A stretch of DNA of 64,000 nt, taken from Macrostomum lignano. Taxonomy: Eukaryota. The position numbers and the translations under genes were made by a program. Positions 26,073-38,624 of this stretch are shown piece by piece (the stretch's first letter is position 1; every line of letters starts with the position of its first letter). Location: the NCBI GenBank assembly GCA_002269645.1, contig NIVC01003961.1:1-64000 (forward strand), written 5' to 3'. Under the pieces are notes generated by a model. That model ran no database searches. It saw only the letters and a list, made by a program, of their open reading frames with translations, and was not told the origin of the DNA.

Positions 26073-28878
26073 TTATTCCTTTTTCAGCCGCAGCCGCTCG
26101 TTGATAATCTTGCACCGCTGGGCGCACTCGTCCGCGCTGCGGGAGCCCACGGCCACAGCCACCTGATCCCAGCGCTCCTTCGTACCTTTGGGAAATTGTC
26201 TGAGCGCCGCCTCCAGCTTAGACTGCTCAGCCTGACTCCAGGCCCGAGTCCGCTGCTGAGCTTCATCTATATCGTCTTCTTCTGCTTTAACGGTTACGCC
26301 TCTCTGCTGCTGCTGCTGCTTCTGGCGCTTATTTCGACGCCTTCGCTGCGCCCTGCCGGCGCCGCCATCCGAATCGGCGTCGCTGTCAGAGTCCGATTCG
26401 CCGCACACCGCCGCCCCATCGGTGTTGACTTCGAAAGCGGCGTTGAGGCTGGCGGCAGCCTGGCGCCGCATCTGCTGCTCGGCCTCGCGAGCCCGGGCGG
26501 CCACGTCCGGCACGGCGCGATGCAGCAGGGCGGCGATTTTCTCCCAGCGGCCGGGCGTGCCGCTTGGGAATCTGGCAACTGCCTTGACCAGAAGCTGCTG
26601 CTCCGCCTCGCTCCAGGGACCCTCGACTAGAGCCGGCGGAGTCGTTGATTCCGCCTGGTCGCCGTTGCTGACGGCGGCTTTGACTGGCGGAGTCGGCAAC
26701 GGCTGCTGCTGTTCAGCCAGCAATTGCTGCTGCACCTGGGCCAGTTGCTGCTCCCGGCGCTCGCGTTTCTGCTGCTTTCTCTGCTCCCGCCTGCGGGCCT
26801 CCTCGGCTGCGGCTTCCGCTTCCGCTTTGGCCGCCCGCTTCCGTTGCAGTTCGGCGTCGCGCCAATCGGCCAGGCTGTCCAGCGCCCAACGGCAGGCGCC
26901 TGGCGCGCCAACAGCGCAGGCGTAGAGTCCGCGACCGATGGCCAACGGCAGGAGGTCCCGCCAGCCTGGGCCCACTAGCGGCTCCTGTTCCAGCTCTTCT
27001 TCCAGTTGTTTCTGCTTTTTCTTGCTCTTCCGCCGGAATAGATCGTCGAATGCTAGTTTCCTTTCAATGTAGACACCCCACAGGACTAAATAGTGGCCGA
27101 CTGTGAACGCCAAGCAGAACACCAGCATCACTTCCGCTAAGCTCATCTTTCGCCACTTCCGGTAATAAAACATCGGGGTGCGCCAGTCGGGCAGCCCATT
27201 GTCAAGGATCTCGTCGTACCTGGCCAGGGTAGAGGGCAGATGGAGAGGTTCAGACTTGATTCTCGGTTCTCGTGATTGAAAAAAAACTTTGAATCAGGCC
27301 TAGGAGTGATTCTTGGTTCCCGGACGGTTCTTGATTTTGGTTACCAGCCTTTCTTGAAAATTGGCCAACCCCCACAACAGAGTGTACATGCCTGACGATG
27401 TACACCCTGTGTGAGCGTGTGCATGAGTGCGTGCACTGTTTTCAGGATGATGTTGCCGAAGGCACTGCGCCAGGGTGCCCACAGCCCAATTGCAAGTATT
27501 ATTAGTAGAAGTTATTCTGAGAATATCTTATGAAAATTCATTTTCGGAATTGACACCGCCGAGATACTTGCGAGCTGGGCGGATCCCACCTGAGCGCTCG
27601 CAATAAGGTATCATTACTTTAGGCATGAGAAATTTCCAAACGCGTCACAAAATGGGGAATTGAAGTATTCGATAAAAAAGTACTTTTTCACCTGCTGGGA
27701 TCAAAGCATAAAATTTGATGGACTGTTAACTTGATTAAACGCTATTAACCGATTAAAAGGCGTGTCATGTGCGTTACAATGAATATAATCACATAAAAGT
27801 TTTTAGCTTGTCTAGACACTTATATAGGACAATCGATAAATAAAAAATGGGGAAACACAAATGCTTGAAAGTAGACGATTATAATTGTATGCGTAGCTAA
27901 TAACTAGGTATTAGGAATGGGCTATTGCGAGCGTAAACAATCCAATTAGAATCGCCGATGACACCGATTAAGAATCGCCCATGACACCATGAGGTATCGC
28001 CCATGACACCCATGAGGAATCGCCCATGACACCATGAGGTATCACCCATGACACCCATTAGGAATCGCCCATGACACCATTAGGAATCGCCCATGACACC
28101 ATGAGGAATCGCCCATGACACCATGACGTATCGCCCATGACACCCATGAGGAATCGCCCATGACACAATGACGTATCGCCCATGACACCCATGAGGAATC
28201 GCCCATGACACCGTGACGTATCGCCCATGACACCCATGAGGAATCGCCCATGACACCATGAGGTATCGCCCATGACACCCATTAGGAATCGCCCATGACA
28301 CCATTAGGAATCGCCCATGACACCATGAGGAATCGCTCATGACACCATGAGGAATCGCCCATGACACCATGACGTATCGCCCATGACACCCATGAGGAAT
28401 CGCCCATGACACCATGACGTATCGCCCATGACACCCATGAGGAATCGCCCATGACACCCATGAGGAATCGCCCATGACACCATGAGGTATCGCCCATGAC
28501 ACCCATGAGGAATCGCCCATGCCACTATAAGGACTCGATGCCATTAAATCAAACGCACCTCCGCCTCAGAGTTTCATCCTTGAGCACTTCATTGATGGCG
28601 TTGAGTTTGCGGAAATAATCCACAGTCTCATCGTCGTGCTTGTTCACCCGATCCGGATGGTACTGCATCGACACCCGACGGAAGGCCCGTCGAATCTCCT
28701 GACTGCTGGCTTCACGTTTCGTGTTCAACAGTTCGTAGAAATTGCCGTTGACCTCTTCAACTAAGTCGAATAGTTGCAGCTCGCGCTGGTCGAATGCGCT
28801 AACGGAGGGCGAGTGAGATAGCACTAGCAGAGTCAGTAGTAGCGAGGGAAGCGGCCACACCATGCCGATGGCTGCCAT
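26073..28878 (-). CDS. DNAJC1: DnaJ homolog subfamily C member 1 (ERdj1/MTJ1), 488 aa, 2 exons
   Basis: Exon 1 is 28878-28559 (donor AG|GTGCGT) and exon 2 is 27219-26073 (acceptor GCCAG|G); phase 2 matches. The protein has a signal peptide, a J domain with HPD, RRRYDEILDNGLPDWRTPMFYYRK, a TM helix and two SANT/Myb domains (WSEAEQQLL..., WSQAEQSKLE...). Confidence 0.95.
27955..28520. repeat. 22/23-bp minisatellite (GAATCGCCCATGACAC(C)CATGAG) in the DNAJC1 intron
   Basis: About 25 copies. Confidence 0.95.
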
Positions 28879-28959
28879 GAATTTAGCATTTAATGAAAAT
28901 GGCTTCTACGTTTCAAATTAGAAAACTGTGAGCTGACGACGGAGAGGGTAATTCGTGAT

Positions 28960-31215
28960 GAAGTGATGGGAAGATGGGAAAACAGGGGAGGAGATAAGAG
29001 TGGAGAAGATGGGGAAGGGAGAAGAGATGAGGGGAAAGATGGGGAAGGGAGAAGAGATGAGGGGAAAGATGGGGAAGGGAGAAGAGATGAGGGAGGAGAT
29101 GGGGAAGGGAGAGAAGAGATGAGGGGAAAGATGGGGAAGGCAGAAGAGATGAGGGAGGAGATGGGGAAGGGAGAGGAGATGAGGGAGGAGATGGGGATGG
29201 GAGAGGAGATGAGAGCAGAAGATGGGGAGAGTAGAGAAGAGATTAGGGGAGAAGATGGGGAAGGGAGAAGGGAGGGAAGGAAGGGAGATAAGAGGAGAAA
29301 AGATAGGGAAAGGAGGAGACAACTGGGGAGAAAATAGGGAAAGGAGGAGACAACTGGGGAGAAGATAGGGAAAGGAGACAACTGGGGAGAAGATAGGGAA
29401 AGGAGGAGATAACTGGGGAGAAGATAGGGAAAGGAGGAGATAACTGGGGAGAAAATAGGGAAAGGAGGAGACAACTGGGGAGAAGATAGGGAAAGGAGGA
29501 GACAACTGGGGAGAAAATAGGGAAAGGAGGAGACAACTGGGGAGAAAATAGGGAAAGGAGACAACTGGGGAGAAGATAGGGAAAGGAGGAGACAACTGGG
29601 GAGAAAATAGGGAAAGGAGACAACTGGGGAGAAGATAGGGAAAGGAGGAGATAACTGGGGAGAAGATAGGGAAAGGAGGAGATAACTGGGGAGAAAATAG
29701 GGAAAGGAGGAGACAACTGGGGAGAAGATAGGGAAAGGAGGAGACAACTGGGGAGAAAATAGGGAAAGGAGACAACTGGGGAGAAAATAGGGAAAGGAGA
29801 CAACTGGGGAGAAGATAGGGAAAGGAGACAACTGGGGAGAAGATAGGGAAAGGAGGAGATAACTGGGGAGAAGATAAGGAAAGGAGGAGATAACTGGGGA
29901 GAAAATAGGGAAAGGAGGAGACAACTGGGGAGAAAATAGGGAAAGGAGGAGACAACTGGGAAGAAGATAGGGAAAGGAGACACCTGGGGAGAAGATGGGG
30001 AAAGGAGGAGACAACTGGGGAGAAAATAGGGAAAGGAGACACCTGGGGAGAAGATAGGGAAAGGAGGAGACAACTGGGGAGAAAATTGGGAAAGGAGGAG
30101 ATAACTGGGGAGAAAATAGGGAAAGGAGGAGATAACTGGGGAGAAAATTGGGAAAGGAGGAGACAACTGGGGAGAAAATAGGGAAAGGAGGAGACAACTG
30201 GGGAGAAGATAGGGAAAGGAGACACCTGGGGAGAAAATAGGGAAAGGAGGAGACAACTGGGGAGAAAATAGGGAAAGGAGGAGACAACTGGGGAGAAGAT
30301 AGGGAAAGGAGACACCTGGGGAGAAGATAGGGAAAGGAGGAGACAACTGGGGAGAAAATAGGGAAAGGAGACACCTGGGGAGAAGATAAGGAAAGGAGGA
30401 GATAACTGGGGAGAAAATAGGGAAAGGAGACAACTGGGGAGAAGATAGGGAAAGGAGGAGACAACTGGGGAGAAAATAGGGAAAGGAGACAACTGGGGAG
30501 AAGATAGGGAAAGGAGACACCTGGGGAGAAGATAGGGAAAGGAGGAGATAACTGGGGAGAAAATAGGGAAAGGAGGAGACAACTGGGGAGAAAATAGGGA
30601 AAGGAGGAGACAACTGGGGAGAAAATAGGGAAAGGAGGAGACAACTGGGGAGAAGATAGGGAAAGGAGACACCTGGGGAGAAGATAGGGAAAGGAGACAA
30701 CTGGGGAGAAAATAGGGAAAGGAGACACCTGGGGAGAAGATAGGGAAAGGAGGAGACAACTGGGGAGAAAATAGGGAAAGGAGACACCTGGGGAGAAGAT
30801 AGGGAAAGGAGGAGACAACTGGGGAGAAAATAGGGAAAGGAGGAGACAACTGGGGAGAAAATAGGGAAAGGAGGAGACAACTGGGGAGAAAATAGGGAAA
30901 GGAGGAGACAACTGGGGAGAAAATAGGGAAAGGAGACACCTGGGGAGAAGATAGGGAAAGGAGGAGACAACTGGGGAGAAAATAGGGAAAGGAGGAGACA
31001 ACTGGGGAGAAGATAGGGAAAGGAGACAACTGGGGAGAAGATAGGGAAAGGAGACAACTGGGGAGAAAATAGGGAAAGGAGACAACTGGGGAGAAGATAG
31101 GGAAAGGAGAAGATAACTGGGGAGAAGATAGGGAAAGGAGACAACTGGGGAGAAAATAGGGAAAGGAGACAACTGGGGAGAAGATAGGGAAAGGAGGAGA
31201 CAACTGGGGAGAAGA
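28960..31215. repeat. Purine-rich minisatellite, 28/31-bp unit GAAGATAGGGAAAGGAG(GAG)ACAACTGGGGA, with a degenerate GA-rich left part
   Basis: Direct reading; it begins about 80 bp upstream of the DNAJC1 ATG. Confidence 0.96.
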
Positions 31216-32129
31216 GGTGATTTCGATTGAGATTTCACAAACCAAACTATATTTAAATAAACTCGAACTCTATGATGCTTCACAACCATTCTACTCGTTC
31301 ATAAGGCCATTCTGTAAGCTGATTTAGCCTCTTTAATACCCTGTTAATGCGTAGCACTCTAGCGAATAATCTCTACAGAAATATTTATGCACTTTTATCC
31401 AGTATAAAATCACTAAAAAACAGCGCAGGTTGCAACTAGGAAGAAAAGGCATGGGATATTAAAAATACAATTAAGACTCAAGCTGAAGCTTAATTATCTG
31501 CTTATAAAGCTCAAGTTTATCCTGCTTTTTGGGAGCAGAAAAAATGATTGCAAGGAAAACAGAATAAAGGGCACGTATTTGCACTAATTAGCGGTGTTGT
31601 GCCGCAGTTAAATTTGCTGTTTGTATTTAAATGATCAAACGGGATTTCTGTTTCAAACACATTCAACCAAATGATACAAACAAATTATGAGCGAATTAAA
31701 AACTAGTTTTAATGGTAATTAATTTGCAATTATAACTATGTTCTAGACTTGAAAGACAGGACAATGTAATAACAATGGATACAATATTTACATAGCAGAA
31801 TAGATTTTCTGCACATCGGCCGTATGTGAATGAACCAAATTTCACTTCAAATCATCTTTTTGGACTGGGTGGGCGGCTAAACAAATGGAATTACAATATG
31901 ATATTACTGTGTAATTGCAACGATATGGATTAGTATTATATGATACAAAGCTTTATAATCGGTAACAAGACATTTGGGCCGAGTGAATTACAAATTTAAA
32001 ACAGAATTTCTATTCATAGCGCAGTAAAACATTTACCGGTTAGAGAGCATAGCAGACATGTACACAACCACGGCCTACGAAACTCCACCCTTGCGAGTGC
32101 ACTAAAGCCGGTTTGCAAGGTCACAAGCT

Positions 32130-33395
32130 AGGTGGCAATTATCTGGGATTAGAAACCGATTCTCAGAGATGGGATGGCGATTATCTGGGATTAGAAGCCG
32201 ATTCTCAGCGATGGGATGGCGATTATCTGGGATTAGAAGCCGATTCTCAGCGATGGGATGGCGATTATCTGGGATTAGAAGCCGATTCTCAGAGATGGGA
32301 TGCGATTAACTGGGATTAGAAGCCGATTCTCAGAGATGGGATGGCGATTATCTGGGATTAGAAGCCGATTCTCAGCGATGGGATGGCGATTATCTGGGAT
32401 TAGAAGACGATTCTCAGAGATGGGATGGCGATTATCTGGGATTAGAAGACGATTCTCAGCGATGGGATGGCGATTATCTGGGATTAGAAGCCGATTCTCA
32501 GAGATGGGATGGCGATTATCTGGGATTAGAAGCCGATTCTCAGAGATGGGATGGCGATTATCTGGGATTAGAAGCCGATTCTCAGAGATGGGATGGCGAT
32601 TATCTGGGATTAGAAGCCGATTCTCAGCGATGGGATGGCGATTATCTGGGATTAGAAGCAGATTCTCAGCGATGGGTTGGCGATTATCTGGGATTAGAAG
32701 CCGATTCTCAGCGATGGGTTGGCGATTATCTGGGATTAGAAGCCGATTCTCAGCGATGGGTTGGCGATTATCTGGGATTAGAAGCCGATTCTCAGAGATG
32801 GGATGGCGATTATCTGGAATTAGAAGACGATTCTCAGAGATGGGATGGCGATTATCTGGGATTAGAAGACGATTCTCAGCGATGGGATGGCGATTATCTG
32901 GAATTAGAAGCTGATTCTCAGAGATGGGATGGCGATTATCTGGGATTAGAAGACGATTCTCAGCGATGGGATGGCGATTATCTGGGATTAAAAGACGATT
33001 CTCAGAGATGGGATGGCGATTATCTGGGATTAGAAGCCGATTCTCAGAGATGGAATGGCGATTATCTGGGATTAGAAGCCGATTCTCAGAGATGGGATGG
33101 GCGATTATCTGGGATTAGAAGCCGATTCTCAGCGATGGGATGGCGATTATCTGGGATTACAAGCCGATTCTCAGAGATGGGATGGGCGATTATCTGGGAT
33201 TAGAAGCCGATTCTCAGAGATGGGATGGCGATTATCTAGGATTAGAAGCCGATTCTCAGAGATGGGATGGCGATTATCTGGGATTAGAAGCCGATTCTCA
33301 GCGATGGGATGGCGATTATCTGGGATTAGAAGACGATTCTCAGAGATGGGATGGCGATTATCTGGGATTAGAAGCCGATTCTCAGCGATGGGATG
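32130..33395. repeat. Minisatellite, 42-bp unit GATTATCTGGGATTAGAAGCCGATTCTCAGAGATGGGATGGC, about 30 copies
   Basis: Direct reading; it decays into degenerate units up to about 33490. Confidence 0.96.
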
Positions 33396-33551
33396 CTGAT
33401 CTTTGGGGATTGGAGGGCGATTTTAGGGGTTTAGAGGGCGACTCTAGGGGATCGGATGGCGATTCTTTAGGATTAGAAGGCGATAGTCAGACAGGGGGCT
33501 GAAATGATTCTAAATGGATTAGAAAAAATATTTATTACACTAGTTGCAGAG

Positions 33552-33875
33552 TTATTGAGTCTTCGTAGGCGCCTTTTTATCACTGCTACTAGTAGTAGCG
33601 CTAGTAGTAGCTTCATCCTTCTCGTAGTACCTGTGCTTGAGCGCCCGGTACTTGCGCAGCATGTACAGCGCCTCCAGCTCTTTGATGACGAACTCACCCC
33701 GGCCAATCAGCACCTTGATCTGGTCCGGGTCCTTGACTCCGCTATTCTTCAAGAATACGGACTTTAGTCGGTCGCGAAAGTAAGCGTAACCTTTGGGATA
33801 GTCGCGTCCCATGTACAGCAGGTTTTTGTACAGGGCGATCACCTGAGAGCGGAGCTGCGGCGGCGGTGACGTCAT
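33552..33875 (-). CDS. LYRM5: LYR motif-containing protein 5 / ETF regulatory factor 1, 107 aa
   Basis: [37 protein letters not shown]...[25 protein letters not shown] matches LYRM5/ETFRF1. AATAAA on the minus strand at 33531-33536; acceptor CTGCTAG| at 33900. Confidence 0.95.
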   Translation of the reverse strand: MTSPPPQLRSQVIALYKNLLYMGRDYPKGYAYFRDRLKSVFLKNSGVKDPDQIKVLIGRGEFVIKELEALYMLRKYRALKHRYYEKDEATTSATTSSSDKKAPTKTQ

Positions 33876-33984
33876 TGGGTCAGAGATCGAGCTTTGCAAC
33901 TAGCAGCGAAATAAAATGTTGAGAAAGCCTGATTAATTTCCGACTTGACAGAAGACGTACTAATCGAGGCATTTTAAATGACAG

Positions 33985-36335
33985 GGGAAGGACGGAGGGA
34001 GCAGCGGGCATCACTGAAGGGCACGGAGAAGCGGGCATCACTGAAGGGCACGGAGAAGCGGGCATCACTGAAGGGCACGGAGAAGCGGGCATCACTGAAG
34101 GGCACGGAGGGAGAAGCGGGCATCACTGAAGGGCACGGAGGGAGCAGCGGGATCACTGAAGGGCACGGAGGGAGCAGCGGGCATCACTGAAGGGCACGGA
34201 GGGAGAAGCGGGCATCACTGAAGGGCACGGAGAAGCGGGCATCACTGAAGGCACGGAGAAGCGGGCATCACTGAAGGGCACGGAGGGAGAAGCGGGCATC
34301 ACTGAAGGGCACGGAGGGAGAAGCGGGCATCACTGAAGGGCACGGAGAAGCGGGCATCACTGAAGGCACGGAGAAGCGGGCATCACTGAAGGGCACGGAG
34401 GGAGTAGCGGGATCACTGAAGGGCACGGAGGGAGAAGCGGGCATCACTGAAGGGCACGGAGAAGCGGGCATCACTGAAGGGCACGGAGGGAGAAGCGGGC
34501 ATCACTGAAGGGCACGGAGGGAGAAGCGGGCATCACTGAAGGGCACGGAGGGAGAAGCGGGCATCACTGAAGGGCACGGAGGGAGAAGCGGGCATCACTG
34601 AAGGGCACGGAGAAGCGGGCATCACTGAAGGGCACGGAGGGAGAAGCGGGCATCACTGAAGGGCACGGAGAAGCGGGCATCACTGAAGGGCACGGAGGGA
34701 GAAGCGGGCATCACTGAAGGGCACGGAGAAGCGGGCATCACTGAAGGGCACGGAGGGAGAAGCGGGCATCACTGAAGGGCACAGAGGGAGAAGCGGGCAT
34801 CACTGAAGGGCACGGAGAAGCGGGCATCACTGAAGGGCACGGAGAAGCGGGCATCACTGAAGGGCACGGAGGGAGAAGCGGGCATCACTGAAGGGCACGG
34901 AGGGAGAAGCGGGCATCACTGAAGGGCACGGAGGGAGAAGCGGGCATCACTGAAGGGCACGGAGGGAGAAGCGGGCATCACTGAAGGGCACGGAGAAGCG
35001 GGCATCACTGAAGGGCACGGAGGGAGAAGCGGGCATCACTGAAGGGCACGGAGAAGCGGGCATCACTGAAGGCACGGAGAAGCGGGCATCACTGAAGGGC
35101 ACGGAGGGAGAAGCGGGCATCACTGAAGGGCACGGAGGGAGAAGCGGGCATCACTGAAGGGCACGGAGAAGCGGGCATCACTGAAGGGCACGGAGGGAGA
35201 AGCGGGCATCACTGAAGGGCACGGAGGGAGAAGCGGGCATCACTGAAGGGCACGGAGGGAGAAGCGGGCATCACTGAAGGGCACGGAGAAGCGGGCATCA
35301 CTGAAGGGCACGGAGGGAGAAGCGGGCATCACTGAAGGGCACGGAGAAGCGGGCATCACTGAAGGCACGGAGAAGCGGGCATCACTGAAGGGCACGGAGG
35401 GAGAAGCGGGCATCACTGAAGGGCACGGAGGGAGAAGCGGGCATCACTGAAGGGCACGGAGAAGCGGGCATCACTGAAGGGCACGGAGAAGCGGGCATCA
35501 CTGAAGGCACGGAGAAGCGGGCATCACTGAAGGGCACGGAGGGAGAAGCGGGCATCACTGAAGGGCACGGAGGGAGAAGCGGGCATCACTGAAGGGCACG
35601 GAGAAGCGGGCATCACTGAAGGCACGGAGAAGCGGGCATCACTGAAGGGCACGGAGGGAGTAGCGGGATCACTGAAGGGCACGGAGGGAGAAGCGGGCAT
35701 CACTGAAGGGCACGGAGAAGCGGGCATCACTGAAGGGCACGGAGGGAGAAGCGGGCATCACTGAAGGGCACGGAGGGAGAAGCGGGCATCACTGAAGGGC
35801 ACGGAGGGAGCAGCGGGATCACTGAAGGGCACGGAGGGAGAAGCGGGCATCACTGAAGGGCACAGAGGGAGAAGCGGGCATCACTGAAGGGCACGGAGAA
35901 GCGGGCATCACTGAAGGGCACGGAGGGAGCAGCGGGATCACTGAAGGCACGGAGGGAGCAGCGGGATCACTGAAGGACACGGAGGGAGCAGCGGGATCAC
36001 TGAAGGCACGGAGGGAGCAGCGGGATCACTGAAGGGCACGGAGGGAGCAGCGGGATCACTGAAGGCACGGAGGGAGCAGCGGGCATCACTGAAGGGCACG
36101 GAGGGAGAAGCGGGCATCACTGAAGGGCACGGAGGGAGAAGCGGGCATCACTGAAGGCACGGAGAAGCGGGCATCACTGAAGGGCACGGAGGGAGAATCG
36201 GGCATCACTGAAGGGCACGGAGGGAGAATCGGGCATCACTGAAGGGCACGGAGGGAGCAGCGGGATCACTGAAGGGCATGGAGGGAGCAGCGGGCATCAC
36301 TGAAGGGCACGGAGGGAGTAGCGGGATCACTGAAG
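33985..36335. repeat. Minisatellite, 31/27/26-bp units GGGCATCACTGAAGGGCACGGAG(GGAG)AAGC, about 80 copies
   Basis: Direct reading. Confidence 0.97.
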
Positions 36336-37045
36336 GACACGACCAAGTCGAAAAATCTCTTACTATGTTAGGATACACAAACCAACTGTATTTAAAAATT
36401 GACACTATTTGCAACTCGGAGAAAGCATGCAATGAAATACACAGGATCATAACAAAAAAGAAAGTAAACGCAAAGAAATAATAGAATTAAATATCCATTG
36501 TACATGATTACATACATATAGTTCAAAAAGCAATAGTTCTGAAGGCCTATCCTTTTTAATCAACAGTACTTAGCATGTTTAATTAAACTAATATCGTTTA
36601 CGTTTAATTGGTATGCAGAAGTTCTTTTTACAACAAAAGTAAGCTTTACAGACTACTTACTAAGTAGTGCATAATAGTCAGCAATGAATCTTCCTCGCTA
36701 TGGCTTTGCTTTACCATTACCTAAAAGTCGCCAGAGAGGCCTAAGAGCCGATTTGAGGCGCTTTATTGTCCTATAATTACTCTGGGACCTGGGACCGAAA
36801 AGTCGCATATGCAGCGTCACCGCGTTGAATTTAAAGCGCATCTTCGTCACTTTAATTATGAATTAGAATCTCATTTCGCATTTATAACAACTTTATTTAC
36901 ACTACTTGAGTTAGTAGAAAGTTAAGCGCTAACATAACGATTCTTGAACGATTTTTGCGACGATTTTTTGCGATTTAAAAACACACGTGATGTACTCGTG
37001 ACTCAACAGTCACCCCTCCGTCGCATTACAGTCGTCTGAGTCGTT

Positions 37046-37412
37046 ACCAAGGATGATATATAACAACTGGATTGTCAAACTACTCCACCTAAAAGGGTTG
37101 AATATGCCTAAAATGTGACTCGCAAAACCCCTGCTTCCTGCTCATTGGCTGCTATTTTTAGCTCACTTGCTTATACTGACCTATGTAGAAACATTGCCTG
37201 GTGGTTAGAAAACTAGCTAGGGACACGAGGGTTCGCGGGCCGTGGTGGGTAGAGAGATAAATGTAGGGGTTTGTTTTCAAGGTTGTTATATATCTTCCTA
37301 GTGTATTTGAAACCCTCCAGCCAATGAACGTGAAGAAGGGGATTTGCGGGTCAAAGTTTAAGCATGCTTTAGCGTCAGTCCGACAATCCAGTTGTTATAT
37401 ATCATCCTTGGT
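37046..37412. mobile_element. 367-bp MITE with 31-bp perfect TIRs and a 4-bp TSD (CGTT)
   Basis: ACCAAGGATGATATATAACAACTGGATTGTC at 37046-37076 and its reverse complement at 37382-37412; CGTT on both flanks. Confidence 0.85.
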
Positions 37413-37452
37413 CGTTACAAATGTTACAAGAGTCGCCCTAGAGTATTTAGAG

Positions 37453-38624
37453 TCACGATTTCGGCGGTTTATAATCTTCGCCATTGAGTCGCATCTGGCC
37501 GGTGAACCGGTGCACCTTGATATTAACCGGCCGTTTGATCATCCGATCGGCGTGCGACCGGCTAGCCAGATGCTGCCGCCAGGCCGCCTCCGAAACGGTG
37601 GCAAAGGCGCAGCGGAGGCAATCGTAGCGGCGCTGCCGTTTGGTGCAGGCGGCCTCGTGCGAGGCCAGAGTCTCCCGCTTAGCTGAGCGATGGCCGCAGA
37701 AGTAGCGGCAGGAGTACAGCGGCTGGATGTTGGCGTGGGCCTGCCGGCGATGGCTAACAATCTCATGGTAGGTGCGGCACACGAACGAGCAGAATGAGCA
37801 CTGGAAGCAGAGCTCTTTATGAGTAGAACAGTGCGCAAAATAGCGGCGCTGACTGTCGCAGGTGAAGCTGCACTTCTCGCAGGCGAATCTAGGCGCAAGC
37901 GGTTTCTCTTCGTTGACTATTTCAATGTCACTGTCGGCGCCGGTGTCTGTTGCGACGGCAGCCGACGAATTCGTGGCAGCAGCAGCAGCAGCAGTGGAAG
38001 CAGGAGCAGACGAAACCAGAGACTGATCAACAAGGCCAGCTAAACTAGCCGAGTGCTTGAGCTCGCAGTGAGCCACGGCAGCATCAGCCGTGTTGAACAG
38101 CATCGAAGCAGCGCAGGCTGTGCAAGCCATCCGGCTGTTGAGATGAAAAGCCAGCAGGTGTTCGGCCAGCACCCGGTCGCTGGGGAATCGACCGCCAGCA
38201 GATTTACAAGCAGCTATGGGACAGCGGATTAACGACCGGGTGGCAGAAGCCGCACCTGTGACAGTTGGAGCGGCTGGAGAGACAAGAACCGTGGGAGGCA
38301 CCACCGGGCGAGATGGTGCGTCAACAATCTGTACATCGTCATCGTCGCCATTGTACACCGTCGAATTCCAACTGACGACATTTCGACTCTGCCTGCTGTT
38401 GATCCCATTGCTATTGCTACTCTGCTGTCTAGCCACATTAGCAACGTTGGGGCTATTCCTAACTCCAATAGTCCATCTGCCATTGCCAACCCCGTGGCCA
38501 TTGTTGCGGATGGCGCTGCCATTGCCACGACTGCTGTTATGGTTGTGATCATCAGTGTCTTCCTCATCGTCAATTATGACAACAATGGGCAGGCCACCAT
38601 TGGGCCGACCACTGCTTGGTGGAA
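37453..38624 (-). CDS. Multi-SIM C2H2 zinc-finger protein (ZNF451-like features); large terminal exon, 5' exon not located
   Basis: The open frame runs from the acceptor CAACAG| (38625) to TGA at 37453. Six zinc fingers: CPIAAC..H..H, CTAC..H..H, CEKC..H..H, CSFC..H..H, CRYFC..H..C, CLRC..H..H. Acidic-flanked SIM-like motifs: VVIIDDEED, DDDDVQIVD, DSDIEIVNEE. Confidence 0.85.

Noticed and set aside
28890-36330. Long ORFs of 200-800 aa in the 29-31, 32-33 and 34-36 kb arrays
   Set aside because: They are minisatellite translations with frame-shifting unit lengths or non-synonymous variation and no coding context.
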